A stretch of 64,000 bases of DNA, taken from contig NC_133621.1 in assembly GCF_048593235.1 (NCBI RefSeq), forward strand, positions 219,067,238 through 219,131,237. The letters run 5' to 3'. This DNA comes from Sminthopsis crassicaudata. Its lineage: Eukaryota. Positions 53,481 through 64,000 of this stretch are shown piece by piece. A program made the translations under genes and the position numbers. Under the pieces are notes generated by a model. It did not search any database and had not been told where the DNA came from. It worked only from the letters and a program-made list of their open reading frames with translations. Numbering within the stretch: the stretch's first letter is position 1; the number at the start of each line of letters is the position of its first letter.

Positions 53481-56400
53481 TAGGGGGGGCGACGGGGAGG
53501 GTGTCTGTCTGGTATGAGAAAGCTGCCCGCTATTGGTGTAGGGCTAGAGGGGCACGGTGCTGGTGAGCCGGGAAGGGGACCCTTTGGAAGTGATTTGGTG
53601 TCCTTCCCCCCGGGCGTTTTCATGTCTGCAAGGTTCTACCTCCAGTTCCGGTCAGACTCCCAATCAACTCCACCGGTTGTTTTCCTGCCATTTAAATCTT
53701 CCCACATAGGTACTTAAGGCTAGGTAGTGTTTGTGTACCTGTTTTGCTTGTCCAGTCCTGGATGAGTCTCTGTGGTTTTGTTTGGGCTTTCTTGGCAGAG
53801 TTACTGGAAAGGTTTACCACTTCCTTCTCAGCTTATTTTACAGAGGAGGTAACAGTCCTACAGCTAAGAAGTGCCCCAGACCCGCTATGAATTCAAGTGT
53901 TTCTGACTCCGGGCCTGGCGCGCCACCCACTGCGCCACCTAGCTAGCTTTTATTCACATACCTGTTAGGTGTGGGTCCTTTTGGTCATTTTGAATTCTAA
54001 CGGGTCAGAAATCAGCTACTTTGTGCTCTGCGGATAGGATCTTAACTTGTAACTACCAGAGTTCCTAGCACAGTGTTCTCCTTATAGTCAGTGCTTAGTA
54101 AACAGTGAATTTTTTATGTTATCTACTACTATGTTACTCTCAGAGCTCAGTAAAGAATAATGTGTATTTCTTGTATATGAAATTAACATTCCTGACACCA
54201 ATGGAGCTCTGGAGTTTGCTTTTCCAAAAATTTCTTTCTGCTGATCTGTCCATTCTCCCTAAGACTGATGAAAGTTTTCCAAGATGGGAGTTTCAGGGGT
54301 TGGAACAAAAACTAGCCGATGTTGGATGAAATCCATGACTTAAGTCTTCTTGTCCCTTTTTAAAAAGATTCACATAGTTTGCTAGAGATAATAAATGCTG
54401 GTAGACTCATTGATAGGTACTTGGTCTTGTACCAACCCAGTTGCCAATAAATTCATAGAATTCAAAAGAAAGTTCCTTAAGAGATCAGATCTAGTACAAT
54501 CATCTTATTTTAATGATGAAACGGAGACTCAGAGAAGTTCAATGATTTTTGCCAAAGGTCACAGCCAATAAGTGGTGAAATTGGAATCAGGTCTTCTGAT
54601 TTTCTAGTTCAGAGCTCTTTTTTACATAATGTTCTGTTTGCTTCAAATCATAACAAAACTTAATTTTTTCGATAAACTTATTTTGAAAAACTAACAACTT
54701 CTCCAGTTCATCTTCATTCACTCCATTATGTATTTTCCTGTTATAGTCACAGTAAATATGTATTAATCTTTTTCTGCTTTTTTGTTTAACAATATTTTCA
54801 GATGTCTTTCTATATTTATTTATGCTTTTCATGTGATATTAATTTAGTTAATTAATTTGATTTAATGTGATTTTTTTTTATTACATTAACATTTCAATTT
54901 ATTCCTCTATCCCCTAATCTTTGGATGTTTAATTTCAGTTTTTGTTCTTGGTTTGATTGACTTTTTTACAATAAATTACATTGTCATAAATATCTTTGAG
55001 CAAACAGATTTTTAAAAAAAATTTCTTAGGCCATACTACCAATAACGGATTACTAGATAAAAGGATGTTTTAATTTTTCTAACTCTGGCAGTAGCCTGTT
55101 ATTTAATTCTTTCTCTATCCCATATGTAAGATTATTACATATGCACAAAGAAAGTCTGATTCAGATCTGGCATTACCCAAAAGTGGTTGGTTTCAATGAA
55201 GAAAACCTCCATAATCCCTTTTTTCTCGCTTCCTATCATTCCATCTCTCTCCCTACATTTTATTTTCTTAAACCTGTTCTGTCTCCTCATCAGTTTATTC
55301 CTTTCTTAATATTCTCCCACCCTCTCACCTTGATTTGTCTTCACCATTAATGAACCAGTTTAACTCTAAACTATCCCCTCTTTGACAATTCTTGATCCCT
55401 ACTCTTGTTGTATTTATACCTTGCCAAAGGTCACTTTTGGATAACTACCACCATCCATCTCTTTTGTTCCTCTTCAAGATTTGGGAGAAATCATAATTCT
55501 GAACATAATTCCGAACTGATTGAACCATTACGGCTTGATGTTATTTCAGCTACTCTCTTATCTCAAAAAACAGTCTTTTTGCTCCGTCCCCACAGAGACT
55601 GTCTAAACCCTTCTCTTCTCAAACTTCACTCTTAGCAGAGAGTCTCATTTCATATTTTTATGGTGGGGGGGAGAGAGAAGCAGACAGGGAGACAGTTCTT
55701 CTCTACATCTTAAAAGCCTTGGACATCCCCAATGTTTATTCTTTATCCTAGTCTCTGATCAAGACCAACATCTCTACATCTACCCTTGATACAACCTTCC
55801 TATTTTCTCTAATAAGGTTGCCCTTGTAATCCCTTTCCCTCTACCCCCCCCCCCCCGAATTATCATCATTATCTATTGGTTTCTTCCCTTATTGCCTAAA
55901 ACATGCCTGCCTTTCCCATCTTGGAAAAAAACCACCACTACAAAACATTAGACCCTCCAACTGGACATCTCTCCCCTGCACAGCCAGACTGATTTCTCAA
56001 TCCTTTGCTATAGTTATCCTCTGATTTCAGAACTAATTTAATGGAAACTTTGTCCTCTCTCCCTTTCTTCCTCTTCCTTCCCTTCTCCCCCTCTTCCCCT
56101 CCCTTGCCAAAGTTTTTCCTGTTGTGCAGGTCTGATTATGTTACTCTAACTCAGTACGCTCCAGTAGTCTCTAGAATAAAATATAAATCCCTTTATTTAA
56201 CTTTTAAAGCCCTTTACATCCTGACCCCAACCCACTCTCCCAGCCTTGTTATGTAATGCTCCTGCCCCACAGTCAGCCAAACTAGCCGCCTTGCTCTACT
56301 TTCCCCATAAACTGTGTCTCTCTGCTCTGCACTCCCATCTCACCTCTACCTCTTAGAATATCCTGTTTTTCCCAAAGCCCTGCTCAGGGAACACTCCCAG

Positions 56401-59400
56401 CTGCTGGTGCTCTCCCCATCAGAAATGTGTGCTGTATTGTGTGCTTATGTCGCCTCCCCTAATAACATATCAGCTCCATGAAGGCAGAGACTTTAATTTT
56501 TGTCTTTGTCTCCCCAGTGTCTGGTGCACAGAGGCTTTTTCTGGGCTAGGCTGTTAGTAAATGAATGTTAGTTGATAGATTGCTTTTCTGTCCATTTCTT
56601 TTTTCTGCTTCAATGTGCTATATGATAAAGGGAAGCAGAGGGAGCTGGCTGTTGCGATCTTGCATTGTGATTGAGACTTTTCTCTCCTTCCAGGGCCATG
56701 CCACCTCGTTCTTTGGCCCAGCCCTGGAGCGCTATTCATCCTTCCAAGTCAATGGCAGTGATGACATTCGGCAGATCCAGAGCCTGGAAAACGGTGTTCT
56801 TTTTCTTACTAAGAACAACTTAAAATATATGGCCCGTGGGGGACTCATTATCTTTGATTACCTGTAAGTGGCTCCCTGTGCCTGAACTGATAGGGGAAAT
56901 CTGAAGCCCTTTCCCTATCTGTCATTCATTGTGCCATGACTCAGGGCTGTGGTTGGGGGCTCTAGGCTAGAAACCTGAGGGGATCCTCACCCTTTCCTGC
57001 CTCCACAGCCTGGATGAGAACGAAGACATGCACAGCCTTCTCCTGACGGAGAGCAGCACCCTGCTGGTAGGAGGATTGCAAAACCATGTGCTGGAGATTG
57101 ACCTCAACACTGTCCAGGAAACACAGAAGGTGCCACCCGAGCATGGAGGGGCTGCAAGGAAGGGGATGGAGGGGACTCAGGAATGGCAAGAAGGGGCCGT
57201 GGGGTCACGGGCCACAGGGACAGGCATGGAGGGATGGGGATAGGGACAGAGGAGGCACAGAGACAAGGTCAGAGACCATAGGCATGGAGAGGCTGCGGGC
57301 CTTGTGGGGGACACCGTTCCTAGACATTTCCTTCTGCTTCCCTCCCTAGTACTCTGTGGAGGTCCCAGGCATCACCATCATGAGGCAGTCAAGTCGATTT
57401 TTCTTCTGTGGCCACACATCCGGCAAGGTGCCTTTTCTCTCCTTCACCTACCTCCAATTTAAAAAGAAAAAAATTCATAACAAACATGCATAGTCAGGCA
57501 AAAAAATTTTTTACCATATCATCCATGTCCAAAGATGTCTGTTCTGTTCTGTTTCTTGAATCTATCACCTAGAAGCAGGGAGAAGGAGGCAGTAGCACCA
57601 TTTATCATCATTCCTTTGGAATCATGGTTGATTATTGCATTGTTCAGAGTTCTAAAGTTGTTTGTCTTTACATTGTTGTGATTGTATACATTGTTCTCCT
57701 TGCTCTATTTACTTCACTCTGTTCAGTTCATATAAGTTTTTTCTTGGCTTCTCTGAAACTATATCTTTCATAATTTTCTATAGCATAATAGTATTCCATT
57801 ATATTTGTATGCTACAATTTGTTCAGCTATTCCCTAAATGATAGGCACCTGTCTGCCCTTAATTTCTAGTTCTTAGTTATCACAAAAGGAACTGCTATAA
57901 ATATTTTTGTACATATGGGTTGTAGTCTCAATCTCCCTTGTTGGTATGGCATATTATAGAAATAAATAGAAATAGAAATATATATATATAGTTCCAAATT
58001 GATTTCCAGAATAGCAACAGTGGATTAATGTGTTTGTTTTCCCCCCATCCCCTCCAATTCTCCAATTATCTCACCAGGTGATTAACTGGGCCCAACTGCT
58101 GTGCTGTCTTCCTATCTACTTGTGTCTTACTCTGGATCATCTTCTCCCAGATTTTGGCTGCTTTTTTTTCCTTTTCATTATGCTAAGTGCCATAGAATAG
58201 GACTTAAGCTTTTTTTTCCACTTGCAACCTCTTTTGACCTGAAAATTTAGGTATATAGGTATAATTGGTATACCAATTGAATATTTATTAATAACAAATC
58301 ATAATTTTGCGACCCCCATATTTAGTTACAAGACCCCATATGGGATCACAAACCACAGTTTAAGAAGCTGAACCATAGAGTTAAGGCAGCAGTTTAATAA
58401 TCTCTTTGAGTCCCTCTCTTTCTCAGCTTCTTTATTCTCTTCTCAAACTGGTTTCTCAGATTTTGAGGTCTGACTCTTCCCATCAGGAATTAAGTAGGTG
58501 GCAGATACCATTGGTTTCTAGTTTTTTCTGATGTAGTTGATTGCAGTATTCCTCTCATAGGTATCCCTTCGGGATCTTCGTACTTTCAAGGTGGAGCATG
58601 AATTTGATGCCTTCTCAGGGAGTTTGTCAGACTTTGATGTACATGGCAACCTGCTGGCAGCCTGTGGCTTCTCTAGCCGCTTGAGTGGTTTGGCCTGTGA
58701 CCGATTCCTCAAGGTCTATGATTTGCGAATGATGCGAGCCATTACACCACTACAAGTGCACGTTGACCCTGCCTTCCTGCGCTTCGTCCCCACTTATACC
58801 TCCCGCCTTGCCATCATCTCACAAACAGGTGCTCGCTCAGTGATGGAAGAGAGGGATGAAATGGGGGAATGGAAGGGTAGAATAGCTAACCCTGGCCCTG
58901 GGACAAGGAAGGGAGCCTCTCTGCAAGGTTGTAGGAATGAATCTGAAGCTATGATGACTTTCCCCCAAGGACACAAAGGAAAAAGAAGGGGTATTGTTTA
59001 GTGATTACAGGTCATTGCTGTTCCTTGATAAGGTGGGGAAATTTCTGCTTATCTGCAAAATGAAGACATAGCCCTTCAGAATTTTACCAAAAACTAGGTG
59101 GCTAGTACTTCAGTATTTTTTCCACATGGGCTCAGTGTCTTCACTTTCTCTTTCCAGGGCAGTGCCAGTTTTGTGAGCCTACAGGCCTGGCTAATCCTGC
59201 AGATATCTTCCATGTGAATCCTGTGGGGCCTCTGCTGATGACATTTGATGTGTCAGCTAGCAAGCAAGCCCTAGCCTTTGGGGACTCAGAGGGCTGTGTA
59301 CACCTCTGGGCTGATTCCCCTGAGGCAACTTTTAACCCCTATTCCCGTGAAACTGAATTTGCCCTACCTTGCCTTGTTGACTCACTGCCACCCCTGGACT

Positions 59401-62400
59401 GGAACCAGGATCTACTGCCTCTCTCCCTCATCCCAGTTCCACTCACCACTGACACTCTTCTCTCTGACTGGCCAGCTGCCAACTCTGCTCCTGCGCCCAG
59501 GTAATTGCTTACCTGGATCAGATGGAAGGAGGGACCAAGATACTGGTATTCTCTTTTTCTTGCTCTGTCACTGTCCCATCCATTAGCTAGTGTCCCCATT
59601 TTTTTTTTTTTTTTTTTTTTTTTTTGGCCTCAGTTTTCTCCTTTCTCTGGGACTTGGGGATTGGGCAGTTGTGGGCCCCAGGACCCTTTAAGCCCCAGAG
59701 CTATGCTGCATTGTAGGCGGGCACCACCAGTGGATGCAGAGATTCTGCGCACCATGAAGAAGGTGGGCTTCATTGGCTATGCACCTAATCCCCGAACCAG
59801 GCTTCGTAACCAGGTGTGTATGACAGGAGATGAAAGGGGGAGACCGGGAGGCCTCAACTCCAGCTTCCTTTACCTGTAAGACAGCCAATTTATTCCCCTT
59901 CTGTTCTACTTCTTAACTAACTCATAGCTGCTATTTTCAGTAAAATGGAATATTTTTTGAATGCCCACTATGGAAGATCTCAAATGCTAGGGTAAAGATT
60001 TTAGACTGTTACCTTTTAAACAGTAGACAGCTATGGGAAAAAACAATGTTTTAGGGAGGTTTATCTAATTCAGTTGTGAGGATAGAAGATGAACTGACAT
60101 CAAGGGACCAATTGGGGAATTATTGAATAATTGAATTGCAAATTGATAAAAGGCCTGAACTAGGAGTGTAGAAATAGAAAGGAAAGGTCCGAGTCCAGAG
60201 ATATTTTAAAGGATTATTGATCAGATTTGGTAAGCGATCATAAGGGGTGAGGAAGATGATGTCAGAATCAGAGGTGATAAGAGATTTCCTGCCTGTGTGC
60301 TTCTCTCTTCTTTTAGATTCCTTACCGCCTCAAGGAACTGGATAGTGAGTTTGACAACTTCAACCAGGTTCCTGAGTCACCCATAGGGCGGGAAGAAGAG
60401 CCACATCTCTACATGGTCTCCAAAAAATACCGAAAGGTATGGGGTCAGGGAAAAATCAGGGAAGCTGAGAGAAGCATTGTAGTAGAGAAGGATTGGAAAG
60501 GCCAAAGTAGTTGACCTGCCTAAAAGTTCAGTGGGCAGGAATGGTAGAATTCCTCCCTCCTCATCCCCTGGTCTTCCACTCAGAACTTAGAAAAGATGTG
60601 GAGCTAGGAGCTGAGGAAATGGCTACTTCTCCCCACTTTTCACCTGGGTTATTTTCATTCCAGGTGACCATCAAATACTCAAAGCTAGGTCTAGAGGATT
60701 TTGACTTCAAGCACTACAATAAGACATTGTTTGCTGGGCTGGAACCCCACATTCCCAATGCCTATTGTAATTGCATGATCCAGGTAAGGACTGAGAGCCA
60801 CTGACTAAATATATCTACAGTTATATTCTGAAGCTCTCTCTCTACTCATTTCTCCCTGTTCTACCACTCCTTTTCCTAGAATAAAAGTTCTTAATTGGGG
60901 CCCTTGGATAGATTTCAGGGAGTATGGCAAGTTAGATGGGGAAAAAATTGTCTTTATTTTCATTAATCTCTAATCGAAAACTTGCATTTCCTTTAATTAT
61001 GCCTAAAAAGGCTTGACCAGATTGGGGTAGAGGTCCAAGATACAAACTGGTTAGGGACCCCTGTTTTAGGATGTCTGCCTCTGCTTCTTCTGTGATTTTT
61101 CTTCTGCTCTGCACCATTGGCCTTTCCCCATTCTAGAATTCTTTGTCTTCCTTGTAGGTCTTATACTTCCTGGAGCCTGTCCGCTGTCTAATCCAGAATC
61201 ATCTGTGCCAGAAGGAGTTCTGCCTGGGCTGTGAGCTGGGCTTCTTGTTCCACATGCTAGACCTTTCTCGTGGTGATCCATGTCAGGTTAGAGACCACTC
61301 AAGTAGGCCCACATTTTGGGCACTTAGTGCCGGTTTCCTAGGATTGAAAAGCTATCTCTGGTTTCCTTCCTCTTCTTACAGGGCAGTAACTTTCTGAGAG
61401 CATTCCGCACCATCCCTGAAGCCTCAGCCCTTGGCCTAATCCTGGCAGATTCAGATGAGGTTTCAGGCAAGGGCAATCTGGCCAGGCTCATCCAAAGGTG
61501 GAACCGTTTTATTTTGACACAACTACACCAAGACATGCAGGAACAGGAAGGCCCTCAGGCCTACAGAGGTGCAGGAGGCAGGTACAAGACAGGAGCATGG
61601 GGGTCCCCTCAGATGTTTGTGTCTCTTAGCCCCTTGATGTACACAAAGTGCCTTTTTCTGATAACTCTGTGCTTCCTCTTGATCTCCCACAGCTTTTGTT
61701 CATCAGGAGATTCAGTCATTGGACAGCTCTTCAGCTGTGAGGTGGAGAACTGTAGCCTGTGCCGTTGTGGCAAAGAAACAGTACGGGTCTCCTCTACCCT
61801 ACTCTTCACACTCTCCTATCCAGAGAGCCACAATAGCGGTATGACCCTGGGTAGATTTAGTGGGCATGGGAGGGAGGAAGAAAGACAGTTAGTTGATGAT
61901 CATTGCCAGAGCACCGAAGAGTTGGGAAGACAACTTGAGTGACTGGTCTTGTTTTTCTTCAGATAAGAGTATGAAGAATTACGACTTTGCACAGGTATTG
62001 AAGAGAAGCATTTGCCTGGAACAGAACACACAAGCTTGGTGTGAAAACTGCGAAAAGTACCAGCCCACAGTGAGTAGCACTTGGATTTTAGGCCACCTTC
62101 CTATCTCATCTAGGATCCATTTATGTCTTCTTCCTCACCTACATTGGTAATTCAGTGCACTCTAGGATCAATCAGGATAGCACCTATAAATACTGTCTTA
62201 GGCTATCAGGGCAGGGGAAGTTAACCTAGTCTAAGGATACAAATCCCGATTTTCTTTTTTTAATCTCTGCCCAAATTTTCTACCCCTTGGATTGCCTCAT
62301 CTCCCAGTTTCCTTCTCTAGGTGCAGACCCGAAACATTCGCCATCTCCCAGATGTCCTAGTTATCAACTGTGAGGTCAATAGCTCTAAAGAGGCAGATTT

Positions 62401-63613
62401 CTGGAAGTTGCAGGCAGAGGTAAGATCTGGAGCTGAACTAAGAATCAGGGAGGCCAGAGTACTTTGTGGTTTTTTTCCTAGCACTGAGATCTATCCCTGG
62501 GCCTTTTTGAGGACTCTTGACCTTCTCTTTTCTGTCCAGTTTGCTTTCAAGATGGCAGTGAAGAAGGCAGGTGGGGAGATCCCTAAAAACAAAGAGAGTG
62601 CTCTGGCTGATTGGTAGGTACTGGCTTACCTCCTACTGGTGGCTGGAATGCTGAAATAGATAACTTCCCTTATCTCAGGCAGAATTCCTAACTCCATTTT
62701 CTGACTGTCTGGCAGGAAGGACCTAGGAAGTCCAAAAGGGCGCCCTTTGTGTACTTCCATTGAGGAGTTAAAGAATGTCTGGCTTCCTTACTCTATTCAG
62801 ATGAAGCTTACAAAGAATAAGGGATTGGATGTCAGCAATTGGACTGATGGGGATGAGGTACTTATGCTGCAAAGACTGGGTGAGAGGAGGAGGGATTCTT
62901 GAAGCCACTTGAGCATCTCAGAAGACCTTTCTTGGCTCCTGTTCCATGCTTTCTGTCCTTATTCTCCTTCTGTCCCCACCTTTATACTTAGCTTAACAAC
63001 TTGGGAATTCCCTTCACAGCAGAATCCACTCAGGGAAGGGGAGGATAACGTCTATGTGTATGATCTGATGGCTACCGTGGTACACATTCTGGATTCACGA
63101 ACTGGGGGCAGCCTGGTGGGTCACATCAAAGTTGGGGAAACCTACCACCAGCGCAAAGAGGTCAGTAGTATGATATTGAAGGAGGTTCGTTCTTAAAGTG
63201 GTGGCCACAGTGGAACTTTTCCTCATCCCACTGTGGTCAGACACATGCTATTCCTTTTTCCTTTTATAGGGTGTCACTCACCAGCAGTGGTACCTCTTCA
63301 ATGACTTCCTTATTGAACCTGTGGATAAGGTTGGTCTTCTCATTTCTCTCCAATCTTTTATTCATCTCAAGACATTGAAAAAAGCCCCAGCTACCTACCT
63401 GGGAGGAAGGGATGGATTCCTATTGTACAACAAAGATTTGGAAGAGCAGCAGATTCAGCCTTCTGTTGAGAAAAAAGCAAATGCTTGGGCCAGGGACAGT
63501 AACTGATTCTTCCATTCCACAGTGTGAAGCCGTACAATTTGACATGAGCTGGAAGGTGCCTGCCATCTTATATTATGTCAAGAGGAACCTCAACACCAAA
63601 TACAACCTGAGCA
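53183..63613 (+). CDS. PAN2: PAN2 poly(A)-specific ribonuclease catalytic subunit, 5' part (19 coding exons, ~929 aa; WD40 and inactive USP domains; the nuclease domain lies beyond the window)
   Basis: Exons 53183-53464, 56694-56863, 57009-57129, 57350-57427, 58561-58828, 59158-59500, 59717-59813, 60317-60436, 60664-60783, 61158-61286, 61382-61581, 61693-61838, 61963-62069, 62321-62419, 62540-62613, 62716-62857, 63020-63160, 63270-63329, 63523-63613. Phases compatible. Motifs [62 protein letters not shown]. Confidence 0.97.
53825..53946 (-). mobile_element. CORE SINE at the edge of the PAN2 CpG island
   Basis: Reverse-complement head gctagctaggtggcgcagtgg; tail tattttacagagg. Confidence 0.7.
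55640..56575 (+). mobile_element. Ancient LINE-2 3' region in the PAN2 intron after the first coding exon (approximate)
   Basis: Typical L2 end cagctccatgaaggcagagact...gtaaatgaatg. Confidence 0.55.
58198..58372. mobile_element. hAT-type MITE in a PAN2 intron
   Basis: 3' TIR tttaagaagctg; 8-bp TSD CCATAGAA (58190-58197) / CCATAGAG (58373-58380); paralog of 32317-32512. Confidence 0.7.
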
Positions 63614-64000
63614 GTGAGTGGTACAGGGTGGGCAAAGGATATGGGTAGTTTTAATTGGGCCCTCTGGCAGCTAAAAGATCAAGGAAATTTTTTAATAGTT
63701 TTTGGATTAGTGTTTAATTTCAGGAGACACTATAGAACTTCCTGCTTATTGATCTTGTTAAGGTTAAAAGGGCAGAGCTTTTATTTTGAATGTAGATCCA
63801 CAGATTTGGGCCCAAATTGTTGCCAGATGTCCTTATCCCACAGTGAGCCAAGTGATTTTCCCTTTTCACCAACCATCCAGCTACTCTGCTCCTTTTACCT
63901 GGCCCCATTGCTTTCCCACCATCTCCACTTCCTTTGAATAGTCTCAGTATTTGACTTCCTATCTGTCCACAAGCTGTGAACACCCTCATACCCTTTCTTC

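Noticed and set aside
60755-60783. Missing catalytic Cys in the PAN2 USP domain ([10 protein letters not shown])
   Set aside because: Already known: the PAN2 USP domain is a catalytically inactive pseudo-DUB in all species

Overview
Mammalian genomic DNA, most likely from a dasyurid marsupial such as the Tasmanian devil. This is inferred from WSINE1-like CORE SINEs, marsupial-type L1 3' ends and protein divergence; the species cannot be proven from the sequence alone. The window carries the conserved syntenic block TIMELESS (+, last 16 coding exons), APOF (+), STAT2 (+, complete, 804 aa), IL23A (-, complete, 193 aa) and PAN2 (+, first 19 coding exons, continuing past the window end). I assembled the exon chains by hand; all keep frame and use GT-AG junctions, except one predicted GC-AG intron in TIMELESS. 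Introns and intergenic DNA hold nested L1s, SINEs, L2/MIR, hAT MITEs and three solo-LTR-like elements, and there is one 174-N assembly gap. No CRISPR, rRNA, tRNA or prokaryotic-type system is present. The best leads are: an L1 3' transduction with TSDs; a local ~230-bp inverted duplication in STAT2 intron 1; tandem donors predicting an NMD-escaping short-TAD STAT2 isoform; a missing AG at the STAT2 first-coding-exon acceptor; IL-23p19 with a helix-1 Cys replaced by an N-glycan sequon; a shifted IL23A stop abutting a let-7 site; a sense LTR poly(A) signal in IL23A intron 1; and candidate IL23A enhancers (EICE/CRE/octamer, C/EBP-ATF, NF-kB). All functional statements are untested hypotheses, and comparisons to human sequences are from memory.
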